In this document: positions 1-11,083 of the stretch, piece after piece
How the letters are laid out: each line of letters starts with the position of its first letter
How positions within the stretch are numbered: position 1 is the stretch's first letter
Assembly (NCBI GenBank): GCA_900555835.1
Contig: USMK01000001.1
Location: 14,494 to 78,493, forward strand
From: an uncultured Clostridium sp.
GTDB lineage: Bacteria > Bacillota > Clostridia > TANB77 > CAG-508
Length of the DNA: 64,000 nucleotides
Direction: 5' to 3'
Notes under the pieces: model-generated
What the model was told of the DNA's origin: nothing
Database searches by the model: none
What the model saw: only the letters and a program-made list of their open reading frames with translations
Program-made: the position numbers and the translations under genes

Positions 1-619
1 AACAACAGCAGAAGGTGGAGCCGTTACTTGGAAGAAAAATGAAAATTTAGACGACGAAAAAATATATCATAGATTCCAAATATTATCATTACATGGTCAA
101 ACTAAAGATGCACTTCACAAAAACAAGCTAGGAGCTTGGGAATATGATATATTAGAACCCGCTTATAAATGCAATATGACAGATATAATGGCTGGAATTG
201 GACTTGCACAAATAAAAAGATATCCAGGAATGCTAAAAAGAAGACAAGCAATAATAAAAAAATACGAAGAAAAATTAAAAGGACATCAAGTAAAAACATT
301 AAATCATAATGATACAGCTACAAATTCAATATCATCAGGACATTTATTTATAGTAAGAATAAATGGAATAGATGTAGAAACAAGAAATGAAATAATAGTA
401 AAAATGGCTGAAAGAGGAATCGCTACAAATGTACACTATAAGCCATTACCAATGCTTACAGCATATAAAAACCTAGGATTTGATATAAAAGATTATCCAA
501 ATAGTTTTAATTTCTACAAAGGAGAAATAACATTACCACTATATACATTACTAACAGACGAGCAAGTTGAATATATAATAGACAATTTTGTGGAAATATT
601 AGGGGAATATAATAAATGA
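1..619 (+). CDS. DegT/DnrJ/EryC1/StrS-family PLP sugar aminotransferase, C-terminal part (5' end outside window)
   Basis: Frame is open from the window edge (phase of nt 2) into ORF 176..619. The sequence AEGGAVTW...LSLHGQTKDA...YDILEPAYKCNMTDIMAGIGLAQ is typical of this family. Its stop overlaps the next start (ATGA at 616). Confidence 0.8.
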   Translation, partial: TTAEGGAVTWKKNENLDDEKIYHRFQILSLHGQTKDALHKNKLGAWEYDILEPAYKCNMTDIMAGIGLAQIKRYPGMLKRRQAIIKKYEEKLKGHQVKTLNHNDTATNSISSGHLFIVRINGIDVETRNEIIVKMAERGIATNVHYKPLPMLTAYKNLGFDIKDYPNSFNFYKGEITLPLYTLLTDEQVEYIIDNFVEILGEYNK

Positions 620-1314
620 TATTAATAAAATATGAAAAATTACCAGAAAATTTAAAAAACGAGAAAGTAAAAGAATATTATGATATATTATCAAAAAAGA
701 AAATTAGCTTAGTAATAAAAAGAATTTTTGATATAATTGTTGCTTTAATATTACTAATATTATTTTCTCCAATAATACTAATACTAGCAATAATGATAAA
801 AATTGACTCCAAAGGACCAGTATTTTATAGACAGGAAAGAATAACAACATATGGCAAAATATTCAGAATATTCAAATTCAGAACAATGGTTCAAAATGCT
901 GATAAGGTCGGAACATTGGTAACGGTTGGAAACGACAGCAGAATAACAAGAGTAGGAAAACTAATAAGAAAAGTAAGACTGGACGAATTGCCACAGCTAA
1001 TAAACGTACTAAAAGGAGAAATGACATTTGTGGGAACAAGACCAGAAGTAAAGAAATATGTAGACAAGTATACAGATGAAATGAAAGCAACATTGCTAAT
1101 GCCTGCTGGAATAACATCTGTTGCTAGTATAAAATATAAAGATGAAGATGAAATATTAGATGGTGCAAAACAAAAAGGAAAAGATATTGATTTAGCTTAT
1201 GTAGAAGATGTACTACCAGAGAAAATGAAGTATAATTTGGAATATATAAGTAAATTTTCTTTTGTGTATGATATTAAAGTATGTATTGATACAGTGATTG
1301 GAGTATTGAGGTAA
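616..1314 (+). CDS. Polyprenyl-phosphate sugar-1-phosphate transferase (bacterial sugar transferase family, PglC/WbaP-C-like priming enzyme)
   Basis: 232 aa with one N-terminal TM helix, then KGPVFYRQERI, FKFRTM and DELPQLINVLKGEMTFVGTRP motifs. Confidence 0.9.
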   Translation: MILIKYEKLPENLKNEKVKEYYDILSKKKISLVIKRIFDIIVALILLILFSPIILILAIMIKIDSKGPVFYRQERITTYGKIFRIFKFRTMVQNADKVGTLVTVGNDSRITRVGKLIRKVRLDELPQLINVLKGEMTFVGTRPEVKKYVDKYTDEMKATLLMPAGITSVASIKYKDEDEILDGAKQKGKDIDLAYVEDVLPEKMKYNLEYISKFSFVYDIKVCIDTVIGVLR

Positions 1315-1326
1315 GGAGTTAAAAGA

Positions 1327-2592
1327 GTGAAATTTTTAAATAGAATAGCATATGAGTTAAGAAAATGTCCTGCAATAAAAAAGAAACTGAAAGATGTATA
1401 CCAATATATTGGAAATATAATAAGCGATAAAAAAACTTGGCCTAATTCGATAGAACAAATTTCTAGTAACGAAAAAGAGCATCTTTTTGGATATTATGAT
1501 AAATCACCTTGGAATAAAAATGAAGACAAGATGATTTATCTAGAAGTAGAAAATTCATATAAAAGTGTTGCTCCAAAAAATGAAGCAAAAATTATATTAA
1601 AAGAATTAAGCAGTGGAATTGAAAAAGTGGTAGCAACAACTAAGTCTTGGAATGTACAACAAGGTTGTATGTTGCAATGGTTAGGACCGGATTTTAATAC
1701 TAAAATTATTTATAATGATTTTATAAATGAAGAATTAAAGTCTGTAATATTAAATATAGAAACGAGAGAGAAAAGAATATTAGATTTTCCAATTTATGAT
1801 ATAGATAAAAAGGGAGAAAATGCTTTAACATTAGATTTTTATAGACTACATAGATTAAGACCTGGATACGGATATAGTAACAAAGAAGATATAACACAAA
1901 AGGATAAAATCCCAAATGGATATTGCATTTGGAGGATTGATGTAAACAATAATACTAAAATAGGAATTATTACATACGATCAATTGATAAAAATTGATCA
2001 TTGTGAATCTATGGATGGAGCAGAACATAAGGTAAATCATATAATGATTAACCCTGAGGGTAAGAGATTTATGTTTTTACATAGATGGATAAAAAATGGG
2101 GTTAAAACAACTAGGCTATTAACTGCAAATGTAGATGGAAGTGATATTTATAATTTATCTGATGATGGAATGACATCACATTGTATATGGAAAGATAATT
2201 CTAGTATTTTAGGTTGGGTAAAGAAAAGTAATGTTGGAACAGGCTATTTTTTAATGAAAGATAAATCACAGCAATATGAAAGAATTGCTGAAAAAGAGCT
2301 TGAAGTTGATGGACACCCATCATATAATAAAGACAAAACTTATTTTATAACAGATACATATCCTGATTTTAAAAGAAAGCAACATATTTATTTATATAAT
2401 GTTAAAACCAAAAAAACAGATTTAATTGCACATATTTATTCGAATTTAAGATATAAAAATGATTGTAGATGCGATTTGCATCCTAGATGGAATTATAGTG
2501 GAACAAAAATCTGCTTTGATGGTGCTCAAAAAGATAAGAGACAAGTATATGTTGTAGAATTAAAAAACAATATAAATGGAGGTGACTTATAG
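1327..2592 (+). CDS. Hypothetical protein, possibly beta-propeller (TolB/PD40-like), in the polysaccharide locus
   Basis: 421-aa ORF with GTG start after GGAG. Tightly packed in the operon. Repeated short beta-strand-like segments. I recognise no catalytic motif. Confidence 0.55.
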   Translation: MKFLNRIAYELRKCPAIKKKLKDVYQYIGNIISDKKTWPNSIEQISSNEKEHLFGYYDKSPWNKNEDKMIYLEVENSYKSVAPKNEAKIILKELSSGIEKVVATTKSWNVQQGCMLQWLGPDFNTKIIYNDFINEELKSVILNIETREKRILDFPIYDIDKKGENALTLDFYRLHRLRPGYGYSNKEDITQKDKIPNGYCIWRIDVNNNTKIGIITYDQLIKIDHCESMDGAEHKVNHIMINPEGKRFMFLHRWIKNGVKTTRLLTANVDGSDIYNLSDDGMTSHCIWKDNSSILGWVKKSNVGTGYFLMKDKSQQYERIAEKELEVDGHPSYNKDKTYFITDTYPDFKRKQHIYLYNVKTKKTDLIAHIYSNLRYKNDCRCDLHPRWNYSGTKICFDGAQKDKRQVYVVELKNNINGGDL

Positions 2593-3584
2593 TGGAAGAA
2601 ATTTTAATTACAGCAATGATTGTTGTTAGAAATGAAGAAAAATACATAAAAACAAGTTTGGAGTCTTTGTTGCAACAAGATTTTCCAGAAGAAAAATATG
2701 AAATACTAATTATTGATGGGGAATCTACTGATAAAACAGCAAATATTATTGCTAACACTTTGAACGAATACAAAGGAAAAACGTCAATTCGAATTTTAAA
2801 AAACGAAAAGAAAATATTAGCTGCTGGTTGGAATATAGGAATTAAAGAAGCTAAGGGAAAATATGTTGTAAGAATAGATGCTCATGCTAAGGCTAACAAA
2901 GATTTTCTAAGAAAAAACATAGAAACTATGGAGCAAATGCCTGCTGATGTTGCTTGTGTAGGAGGAAAATTAACATCTATTTCTCTTGAAGAAGGTGACA
3001 AAACCATCGGAAAAGTATTGTCCTCTCCTTTTGGAATAGGAAATTCCAAATTTAGATATTCAGATAAAGCACAATATACTGATACTGTTGCTTTTGGATT
3101 ATATAAAAAAGAAGTTTTTGAAAAAGTAGGATATTTTGATGAAACACTAGAACGAAATCAAGATAACAATATGCATAACAGAATTAGAAAAGCTGGATAT
3201 AAGTTTTATTTTAATCCAGAGATTAAATCCAATTATTATGTAAGAAATAGCTTAAAAAAGATGTTAAGACAGGGATTTTTAAATGGAAAATGGAATATTA
3301 TTGTATTTAGACAAGATAAAAAATCTTTATCTATAAGACATATAATTCCATTAATGTTTGTACTTAGTATAATAGGGTTACTTATATTATCTTTTGTAAA
3401 TGCAATATTTACATATATTTTATTAGCAGAAATGTCACTTTATGCAATACTTGGTTTAGTTTTTGCTATACAAAAAACCAAGAATCCATTAGAAATAGTA
3501 AAAATGCTAATTTACTTTTTATTATTACATTTATCATATGGAACAGGTTCATTAGTTTCAATATTTTATAGGAGGAGAAAATAA
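2592..3584 (+). CDS. Glycosyltransferase family 2 with C-terminal membrane helices
   Basis: GT-A signature (VVRNEEKYI, IIDGESTDKT, RIDAHA) and a hydrophobic C-terminus. GTG start abuts the previous stop. Confidence 0.85.
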   Translation: MEEILITAMIVVRNEEKYIKTSLESLLQQDFPEEKYEILIIDGESTDKTANIIANTLNEYKGKTSIRILKNEKKILAAGWNIGIKEAKGKYVVRIDAHAKANKDFLRKNIETMEQMPADVACVGGKLTSISLEEGDKTIGKVLSSPFGIGNSKFRYSDKAQYTDTVAFGLYKKEVFEKVGYFDETLERNQDNNMHNRIRKAGYKFYFNPEIKSNYYVRNSLKKMLRQGFLNGKWNIIVFRQDKKSLSIRHIIPLMFVLSIIGLLILSFVNAIFTYILLAEMSLYAILGLVFAIQKTKNPLEIVKMLIYFLLLHLSYGTGSLVSIFYRRRK

Positions 3585-3585
3585 A

Positions 3586-4896
3586 ATGGAAAACATTTAT
3601 GAAAAATTATTAAAGAAGGAAACAAAATTATCATTAGTAGGATTAGGATATGTAGGAATGCCAATAGCGGTAGCTTTTGCAAAAAAAATCGATGTAGTTG
3701 GTTTTGATACTAATGCTACTAAAATTGAAATGTATAAAAAGGGGATAGATGTAACAAAAGAAGTTGGAAATGAAGCTTTAAAAGAAACTACTGTTGAATT
3801 TACAACAGATGAAAGCAAATTAAAAGAAGCTAAATTTCATATTGTTGCAGTCCCAACACCAGTAAGAGATGATCATATGCCTGATTTAACACCAGTTGAA
3901 TCAGCAAGCACAATTGTTGGAAGAAACTTAACAAAAGGTTCAATTGTTGTTTATGAATCAACTGTATATCCTGGCGTAACAGAAGATATATGTGTTCCAA
4001 TATTGGAAAAAGAATCTGGATTAAAATGTGGAGTAGACTTTAAAGTGGGATATTCTCCTGAAAGAATTAACCCAGGAGATAAAGTACATAGATTAGAAAC
4101 TATTGTAAAAATTGTTTCTGGAATGGATGAAGAAACATTAGAAAATGTTGCGAAAACATATGAATTAGTGGTTAAAGCAGGAGTACATAGAGCTGAAAGT
4201 ATAAAAGTAGCAGAAGCTGCAAAAGTTATTGAAAACAGTCAAAGAGATATAAATATAGCATTTATGAATGAATTATCTATAATATTTAACAAAATGAATA
4301 TAGACACACAAGCTGTACTAGATGCTGCTGGAACAAAATGGAATTTCTTAAAGTTCTACCCAGGACTTGTAGGAGGACATTGTATAGGTGTAGATCCATA
4401 TTATTTAACTTATAAAGCCGAACAATTAGGATATCATTCTCAAATAATTTTATCTGGTAGAAGAATCAATGACGATATGGGAAAATATGTGGCAGAGAAT
4501 ACTGTAAAAATGCTTATAAAAAATGATAAAAATATAAGAAATGCTAAAATTGGAATATTAGGAATAACTTTCAAAGAGAATTGCCCTGATACAAGAAATT
4601 CAAAAGTCAATGATATTATAAAAGAATTAAGAGAATATGAAATAGAACCAATAGTTTGTGATCCAGTTGCAGATCAAGAGGAAGCTAAAAAATTATACAA
4701 CATTGAAATTGCTGACATGAGCAAATTACAAGATTTAGATGCTTTAATAATTTCAACTTGCCATGAGGAATTTAAGAAATTAACAATGAATCAATTTGAA
4801 AAAATGTTTAAAGACAAAAAAATTATTATTGATGTAAAAGGAATTTTAAATAAGGAAGAATATAAAGAAGCTGGATATAGCTATTGGAGGTTATAA
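3586..4896 (+). CDS. Nucleotide-sugar 6-dehydrogenase (UDP-N-acetylhexosamine dehydrogenase type, TviB/WbpO/CapL-like)
   Basis: 436 aa. N-terminal Rossmann motif GLGYVGMP and catalytic Cys motif GGHCIGVDPYY. Paired with the downstream epimerase, as in TviB-TviC. Confidence 0.85.
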   Translation: MENIYEKLLKKETKLSLVGLGYVGMPIAVAFAKKIDVVGFDTNATKIEMYKKGIDVTKEVGNEALKETTVEFTTDESKLKEAKFHIVAVPTPVRDDHMPDLTPVESASTIVGRNLTKGSIVVYESTVYPGVTEDICVPILEKESGLKCGVDFKVGYSPERINPGDKVHRLETIVKIVSGMDEETLENVAKTYELVVKAGVHRAESIKVAEAAKVIENSQRDINIAFMNELSIIFNKMNIDTQAVLDAAGTKWNFLKFYPGLVGGHCIGVDPYYLTYKAEQLGYHSQIILSGRRINDDMGKYVAENTVKMLIKNDKNIRNAKIGILGITFKENCPDTRNSKVNDIIKELREYEIEPIVCDPVADQEEAKKLYNIEIADMSKLQDLDALIISTCHEEFKKLTMNQFEKMFKDKKIIIDVKGILNKEEYKEAGYSYWRL

Positions 4897-4897
4897 A

Positions 4898-5875
4898 ATG
4901 GGATATAAAGATTTAAAGTTCAATGAAAATACAGTTTTTCTAGTAACAGGTGGAGCTGGATTTATAGGATCAAATTTATGTGAAGCAATATTAAATATGG
5001 GATATAAAGTAAGATGTTTGGACAATTTATCAACAGGAAAACAAGAGAATGTAGATTTATTTATAAATAATCCTAATTACGAATTTATAAAAGGCGATAT
5101 AACAGATTTAGAAGTTTGTATGAATGCGTGCAAAGGTGTAGATTATGTATTAAATCAAGCTGCTTGGGGTTCTGTTCCTAGAAGTATAGAAATGCCATTA
5201 TATTATGAAAAAGTAAATATATCAGGGACCTTAAATATGCTAGAAGCAGCTAGACAAAATCATGTAAAGAAATTTGTTTATGCATCAAGTTCATCTGTAT
5301 ATGGAGATAGTGCTAATTTACCAAAAGTAGAAGGAGATGAGGGCAATTTATTATCTCCTTACGCTTTGACTAAAAGAGTAGACGAAGAATATGCTAAATT
5401 ATACAAAAGATTATATAATTTAGATACATATGGATTAAGATATTTTAATGTTTTCGGAAAAAGACAAACTCCTGATGGGGCTTATGCGGCTGTAATTCCT
5501 AAGTTTATAAAACAATTGATAAATAACGAAAGACCTACGATAAATGGAGATGGAAAGCAATCAAGAGACTTTACATATATAGAAAATGTTATTGAAGCAA
5601 ATTTAAGAGCTTGCTTAGCAGATAGTGAAGCAGCAGGACAAGCATTTAATATTGCATATGGTGGAAGAGAATATTTAATAGACATCTATAATGATTTATG
5701 TGAAGCTTTGAATAAAAACATAGAACCAATATATGGTCCTGATAGAGCAGGAGATATAAAACATTCAAATGCAAGTATAGAAAAAGCTAAAAAATATTTA
5801 GGCTATAATCCAGATTATAGCTTTGAAGAAGGTATAAAACTAGCAATTGATTGGTATGTGGAAAATTTAAAATAA
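4898..5875 (+). CDS. NAD-dependent nucleotide-sugar 4-epimerase (SDR, TviC/WbpP-like)
   Basis: GGAGFIGSNL Rossmann motif and SPYALTK (YxxxK). 325 aa. Confidence 0.85.
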   Translation: MGYKDLKFNENTVFLVTGGAGFIGSNLCEAILNMGYKVRCLDNLSTGKQENVDLFINNPNYEFIKGDITDLEVCMNACKGVDYVLNQAAWGSVPRSIEMPLYYEKVNISGTLNMLEAARQNHVKKFVYASSSSVYGDSANLPKVEGDEGNLLSPYALTKRVDEEYAKLYKRLYNLDTYGLRYFNVFGKRQTPDGAYAAVIPKFIKQLINNERPTINGDGKQSRDFTYIENVIEANLRACLADSEAAGQAFNIAYGGREYLIDIYNDLCEALNKNIEPIYGPDRAGDIKHSNASIEKAKKYLGYNPDYSFEEGIKLAIDWYVENLK

Positions 5876-5888
5876 GAGGAGAAAAAAT

Positions 5889-6863
5889 ATGGAAAGCAAG
5901 GTATCTGTAATTGTACCAATATATAATGTGGAAAAATACTTAAAGGAATGTGTAGATTCTATATTAAAGCAATCATATAAAAATATAGAAGTGTTGCTAA
6001 TAGATGATTGTGGAACTGATAATAGTGGTGAGATAGCAAAGAAGTATGAGAAACAAGATAAAAGATGTATATATATAAGAAGGGAAAAAAATGGAGGTTT
6101 ATCTGCTGCTAGAAATACTGGAATAAAAAATGCCACAGGAGAGTATTTAGCATTTATAGATAGTGATGATTGGGTAGATAAAGATTTTATTAGAAATATG
6201 CTAGAAGGTATAGTAAATGACGATGCTGAAATTGCAATTTGCGATTATTGGATGGTAGACGATAGAAAAAAAAATAAAGGAAATTCGTTAGCACAAATTG
6301 ATAATAATTCAAGTCAAAAGGAAAAAATAGCATATATTCGAAATCATGCATGGACTAAAATGTTTAGAAAAGATTTTTGGGATAAATGTGGATTAATGTT
6401 TCCAGAAGATATAAAAAGAGGGGAAGATATGGGGATTACAATACCTTTACTTACTTTTGCCAAAAAAATTTCTATTATAAATGAACCATTATATTATTAT
6501 AGACAAAGAAATAATTCTTTATCTAACCAAAAAGAAAACGAAAGAATTGATTTGAGTTTTTATGATAAAACATTTCAAAATATGATAAAAAATGCAAATA
6601 ATGGATATAAAGAGGAAATCGAATATCATGCTATTATGGAAATGATATATGGAAAAACAATGCTTATGATAAAACACAATTATTCGGCAAAGGAAATAAG
6701 AGCGCATTTACAACAATTTGATATTGAATTTGAAAATTGGAGAAAAAATAAATACATAAGCAAAACAAATAAATTAAAAAAATTATTTATTAAATTGGCA
6801 GGTTTTAAATTAATTTTTCTTTTAAAGGAAATGGTGATTATAAATGAAACTCGAAAAAAATAA
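5889..6863 (+). CDS. Glycosyltransferase family 2
   Basis: VSVIVPIYNVEKYL, IDDCGTDNS and IDSDDW motifs. Confidence 0.9.
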   Translation: MESKVSVIVPIYNVEKYLKECVDSILKQSYKNIEVLLIDDCGTDNSGEIAKKYEKQDKRCIYIRREKNGGLSAARNTGIKNATGEYLAFIDSDDWVDKDFIRNMLEGIVNDDAEIAICDYWMVDDRKKNKGNSLAQIDNNSSQKEKIAYIRNHAWTKMFRKDFWDKCGLMFPEDIKRGEDMGITIPLLTFAKKISIINEPLYYYRQRNNSLSNQKENERIDLSFYDKTFQNMIKNANNGYKEEIEYHAIMEMIYGKTMLMIKHNYSAKEIRAHLQQFDIEFENWRKNKYISKTNKLKKLFIKLAGFKLIFLLKEMVIINETRKK

Positions 6864-8313
6864 CTGCAAAAATGTATTAAAATATATACCAATGATTTTA
6901 GTTGTTATTAGTATTGTTATAATAGCAATATTTTACGAAAATATTACACTTTCATATATTGCTGTTATAATGATATTTATAGCTAGTATCATTTTTTGCT
7001 TACAAAATATAAAAAAAAGAATACTTTTATTTTTATTTATGGGATGTTTTTTTATTTTCCTTATGGGAAGACAGGTTGTGGAGTTGATTGAAACAGGAAA
7101 GGTTGTATACATTTTTTCAAATGCAATATCCATGCATATAATAAGGACTTTGTATATTTCATTATTATCTATGTTGGTAGGATTTTATTTAGTAGAGAAA
7201 TATGTAAAAGAATGTAAAGAAAATAAAAACATAAAAGTTTTAAATTATAATATAACAAAAGAAGAATTAAAAAGTAAATTACAAAAATATTCAAAAATTA
7301 TTTTTTTTATTGGATGGGCAATAAATATTATATTAATACTTGAAAAAGCCATTTATATTAATGAACATTCATATTTAGAATATGTTAAATCATTTACTTC
7401 ATATATACCATATGTAATACGTATAATCGCAAATACAAGAACTATTGCATTCTTTATTTTTATTGCAACTATGCCGAATAAAAAAGAATGTAAAATTCCA
7501 ATTATACTATATTTACTAGAATCAATAATGGTATTATTTGTTGGTAATAGAGGAAATTGTATTATTAATATTTTAACAATAATTTTTTATATTGTATTTA
7601 GACAATTTATAAATAAAGATGAAAAGTGGGTAAAAAAATCATATATTATTGCTATATGTATAGCGATTCCTTTTATTTTTGCTGGATTAAGCTTACTTGT
7701 ATACATAAGAGAAAATATTCAGCTTGAAAGTTTTAATCTTATTGGTCAGATTGAAAGATTTTTTAAAAGTATAGGAAATAGTGTCAACATTATTGGATAT
7801 GAAAAATTGTATGAAAATGAAATACCCAAAACAGGCTTATATAGCTTAGGTAATATAATACAATATATAGTATATAATCCTATAACTAATATGATTTTTA
7901 ATTTGAATTATCCAGTATATTATACACAAGAATATGCCATGAGTGGAGCTTCATTTATGCATACAATATCATATTTTATCGATTCAGAAGCATATTTAAA
8001 TGGACATGGATATGGATCGTCATATATTGCTGAATTATATATTGATTTTAAATACTGGGGAGTTATAGTAGGAAATTTATTTTTAGGAGCTTATATGGCT
8101 ATTTTTTATAAAATATATAAAAAAAGTTATATATTATCAGCTTGTTTATTGTTAAGTTATAATATTATGCTGTTTATTCCAAGAGCTGAGTTTGATTATA
8201 TTATAACATATGTATTGAATTTTACTGCAATATTGGGAATGATAATAATAGTTGGAATGTCACTATTGGAAATTGTAGTACAAAAATATAAGGAGAAATT
8301 ATTAGATGAATAA
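6844..8313 (+). CDS. Polytopic membrane protein, probable O-antigen/capsule polymerase (Wzy-like)
   Basis: 489 aa with about 10 or more hydrophobic helices. Sits between glycosyltransferases and the flippase. The start codon is uncertain. Confidence 0.6.
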   Translation: MKLEKNNCKNVLKYIPMILVVISIVIIAIFYENITLSYIAVIMIFIASIIFCLQNIKKRILLFLFMGCFFIFLMGRQVVELIETGKVVYIFSNAISMHIIRTLYISLLSMLVGFYLVEKYVKECKENKNIKVLNYNITKEELKSKLQKYSKIIFFIGWAINIILILEKAIYINEHSYLEYVKSFTSYIPYVIRIIANTRTIAFFIFIATMPNKKECKIPIILYLLESIMVLFVGNRGNCIINILTIIFYIVFRQFINKDEKWVKKSYIIAICIAIPFIFAGLSLLVYIRENIQLESFNLIGQIERFFKSIGNSVNIIGYEKLYENEIPKTGLYSLGNIIQYIVYNPITNMIFNLNYPVYYTQEYAMSGASFMHTISYFIDSEAYLNGHGYGSSYIAELYIDFKYWGVIVGNLFLGAYMAIFYKIYKKSYILSACLLLSYNIMLFIPRAEFDYIITYVLNFTAILGMIIIVGMSLLEIVVQKYKEKLLDE

Positions 8314-9757
8314 AAGTTCAAAGGGAATTGAATTTATAAAAAACTTAATAGGATTTTCGTCTGCTGCATGGATAAGTGCAATTATTAGTTTTATATCAAC
8401 TCCAATTATTACAAGACTTTTTTTGCCAGAGGAAATAGGTAAGGTTAATTTATTTATAACATTTTTAAATTTTTTCCAAATATTATCAATATTGGGATTA
8501 GATCAAGCATATATGAGATTTTACAACGAAAAACAAGAAGGGTTGAATAAAAAAAATTTATTTTCATTTTGTTTGAAAATAAATTTTACAATGTCAATAA
8601 TATATAGTATATTTGTACTGATTTTTAATAGTTATATTTCAAACAGTATTTCAGGAGAAAGCAATATAAAAGTTTCTATATTACTAATAATATCAATTAT
8701 AGCAAGTACTATATTAAGAATGTGCAGTATTTATTCAAGAATGGAAAAAGATATTAAATTATATATTTTCCAATCTGTTTCAATAACTATTATAGAAAAA
8801 ATATTAATTATATTTTCTGTAATATTAGGGGCTACATATTATAATGCAATTTTATTAATATCAATAGGATATCTAATGGTGTCTATAATAATGATTATTG
8901 TAAATAAAAAAAGCATATTTGTAACTACTAAGAATGTACCAAAAGAAACGGTAAAAATGATATTGAAATTTGCAATACCTTATTTACCAGTATTGTTGTT
9001 ATCATGGTTAAATAATTCAATTCCTCAATTGGTTTTAAAACAAATTTTGGATTATTCAGCAGTTGGTATTTATTCTAATGCAGTAACCATAGCCAATATA
9101 TTAACAATTTTACAAACTGGATTTACAACATATTGGAATCCATTTGCATACGAAAATTATCAAAATGATGGTGAAAAGTTAAAAAAAGTACATAAAATAA
9201 TAACTTTTTTAATAATTATGTTAGCACTAGGAGTAGTTTTAGGACAAGACATAATATATTTATTATTAGGAAGCGAATATAGAGAAAGTAAAGCCTTTTT
9301 TGCATTTTTATTATTTACTCCTGTATGTAATACGATTGCAGACACAACAGGAATAGGAATAATGATTTCTAAAAAAAGTTATTTAAATATCATTACTTTT
9401 GTGTGCAATACAGTTACTAATATAGGGATTTGTTTACTGCTTATACCTATTGTGGGAACAGCAGGAGCTGCTATTGCTGCTGGAACGTCAGCTATTGTAA
9501 TGCTTATTGTTAGGACTTTATTGGGAAATAAATATTATAAAATCACAGATAAATACAATTATATAATAATTTCAATCATTTCGGTATATATAGTAGCAAT
9601 ATGTAATTGGTATTTTGCAACAAATTGGATAAAATATGTAATTACTTTATTTATGATAATTATTAATTTAATTATATACAGAAAAGAAATTAAATACTTA
9701 TATCAATATTTATTATCAATTATGAAAGGATATTTGTGGAAGGAAAAGAAAATATGA
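8306..9757 (+). CDS. Polysaccharide flippase (MOP/Wzx family)
   Basis: 483 aa and polytopic. Conserved N-terminal region (ISFISTPIITRLFLPEEIGK...LGLDQAYMRF) typical of Wzx/polysaccharide biosynthesis proteins. Confidence 0.75.
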   Translation: MNKSSKGIEFIKNLIGFSSAAWISAIISFISTPIITRLFLPEEIGKVNLFITFLNFFQILSILGLDQAYMRFYNEKQEGLNKKNLFSFCLKINFTMSIIYSIFVLIFNSYISNSISGESNIKVSILLIISIIASTILRMCSIYSRMEKDIKLYIFQSVSITIIEKILIIFSVILGATYYNAILLISIGYLMVSIIMIIVNKKSIFVTTKNVPKETVKMILKFAIPYLPVLLLSWLNNSIPQLVLKQILDYSAVGIYSNAVTIANILTILQTGFTTYWNPFAYENYQNDGEKLKKVHKIITFLIIMLALGVVLGQDIIYLLLGSEYRESKAFFAFLLFTPVCNTIADTTGIGIMISKKSYLNIITFVCNTVTNIGICLLLIPIVGTAGAAIAAGTSAIVMLIVRTLLGNKYYKITDKYNYIIISIISVYIVAICNWYFATNWIKYVITLFMIIINLIIYRKEIKYLYQYLLSIMKGYLWKEKKI

Positions 9758-10953
9758 AAAAAATGTTATTTGTAATGCCAACCATTTCTTGTGGCGGAGC
9801 TGAAAAAGCACTAGTAGAACTATTAAAAAATATAAATTATTCAGAATATCAAGTAGATTTATTATTATTTAGAAAGGATGATATGCATTATTTAAATGAA
9901 ATACCTTCTAAGGTAAATATTTTAGATCATGATATAAAATTTCAATATGCATTTTATCATGTAAAACATTTGATAAAACCAAAAATGTTTTTAAGAAATA
10001 TTCCAGTTGTTATATTTAGATGTTGGCAAACAGCAATGCTAAAAATAAGAAAAATTTTAAGAATAAAAAGCTATTATTACAATTGGAAAACTTTAAAGTA
10101 TATTGTCCCTAAAAATAAAAAAACATATGATATAGCTATTGGATATTTAGAAGGAAATAGTATATATTATGTTGTTGATAAAGTAGACGCACAAAAAAAA
10201 TATGGATTTTTCCATACGAATTTTATTAAAGGTGGATTTAAAAAAAGTTATGAGGAAAAATATGTTAAAGAATTGGACAAATTATTTGCTGTTTCAAAGA
10301 CTATGGAAGATGATTTGAAAAAAAATATGCCTGAAATGACTGAAAAAATAGATACAATTACAAATCTTATTAATGTAGAAGAATTATATCAAAAAGCTAA
10401 AGAAGAACATGAAATAAATAATAACTTTAAAGAATATAAAGGAAAAAAAATAATATCAATAGGAAATTTAAGATATGTAAAAGGGTATGATATTTCCATA
10501 AAAGTATGTAAAAAAATTAAAAAGGATGGTTATTCTTTTAAGTGGTATATTCTTGGTGAAGGTAAAGAACGAAAAAACCTAGAAAAGTTAATAAGAAAAA
10601 ACCACATAGAAAATGAAATGATATTGATGGGATCAATAAAAAATCCATATATATATTTAAATAATTCTGATATATATGTTCAAACTTCAAGACATGAAGG
10701 ACTTAGCACAACGGTTAGAGAAGCTAAGATTTTTTGTAAACCAATTGTAATTACAGATTGCCAAGGAATGAGTGATCAAATAAAAAATGGTAAAACAGGA
10801 ACGATTACAAGTTATGAGGTAAATGATATTGCAAAGGCAATAGAGGAATTATTAGACAATAAAAATGAAACATATATAAATAATTTAAAAATAGAAAAGG
10901 AAAAACATTCAATAGGGAATCAAATGGAAGAATTCTACAAGAAAATTGGCTAA
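9754..10953 (+). CDS. Glycosyltransferase family 4 (GT-B)
   Basis: ATG at 9754 follows GGAAGGAAAAG and overlaps the wzx stop (ATGA). C-terminal region SRHEGLSTTVREA...GKTG is typical of GT4. Confidence 0.8.
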   Translation: MKKMLFVMPTISCGGAEKALVELLKNINYSEYQVDLLLFRKDDMHYLNEIPSKVNILDHDIKFQYAFYHVKHLIKPKMFLRNIPVVIFRCWQTAMLKIRKILRIKSYYYNWKTLKYIVPKNKKTYDIAIGYLEGNSIYYVVDKVDAQKKYGFFHTNFIKGGFKKSYEEKYVKELDKLFAVSKTMEDDLKKNMPEMTEKIDTITNLINVEELYQKAKEEHEINNNFKEYKGKKIISIGNLRYVKGYDISIKVCKKIKKDGYSFKWYILGEGKERKNLEKLIRKNHIENEMILMGSIKNPYIYLNNSDIYVQTSRHEGLSTTVREAKIFCKPIVITDCQGMSDQIKNGKTGTITSYEVNDIAKAIEELLDNKNETYINNLKIEKEKHSIGNQMEEFYKKIG

Positions 10954-11083
10954 TAAAGATGAGTAAATAGAATTAGAATATTAACATTCAATAGAATATT
11001 GAAAAAAATTAGAAATAAATGTATAATAAGTTAGAATATGAAAGATATCATGAAGGAGAAAAAAGAATAGGGAGGTAACTAAC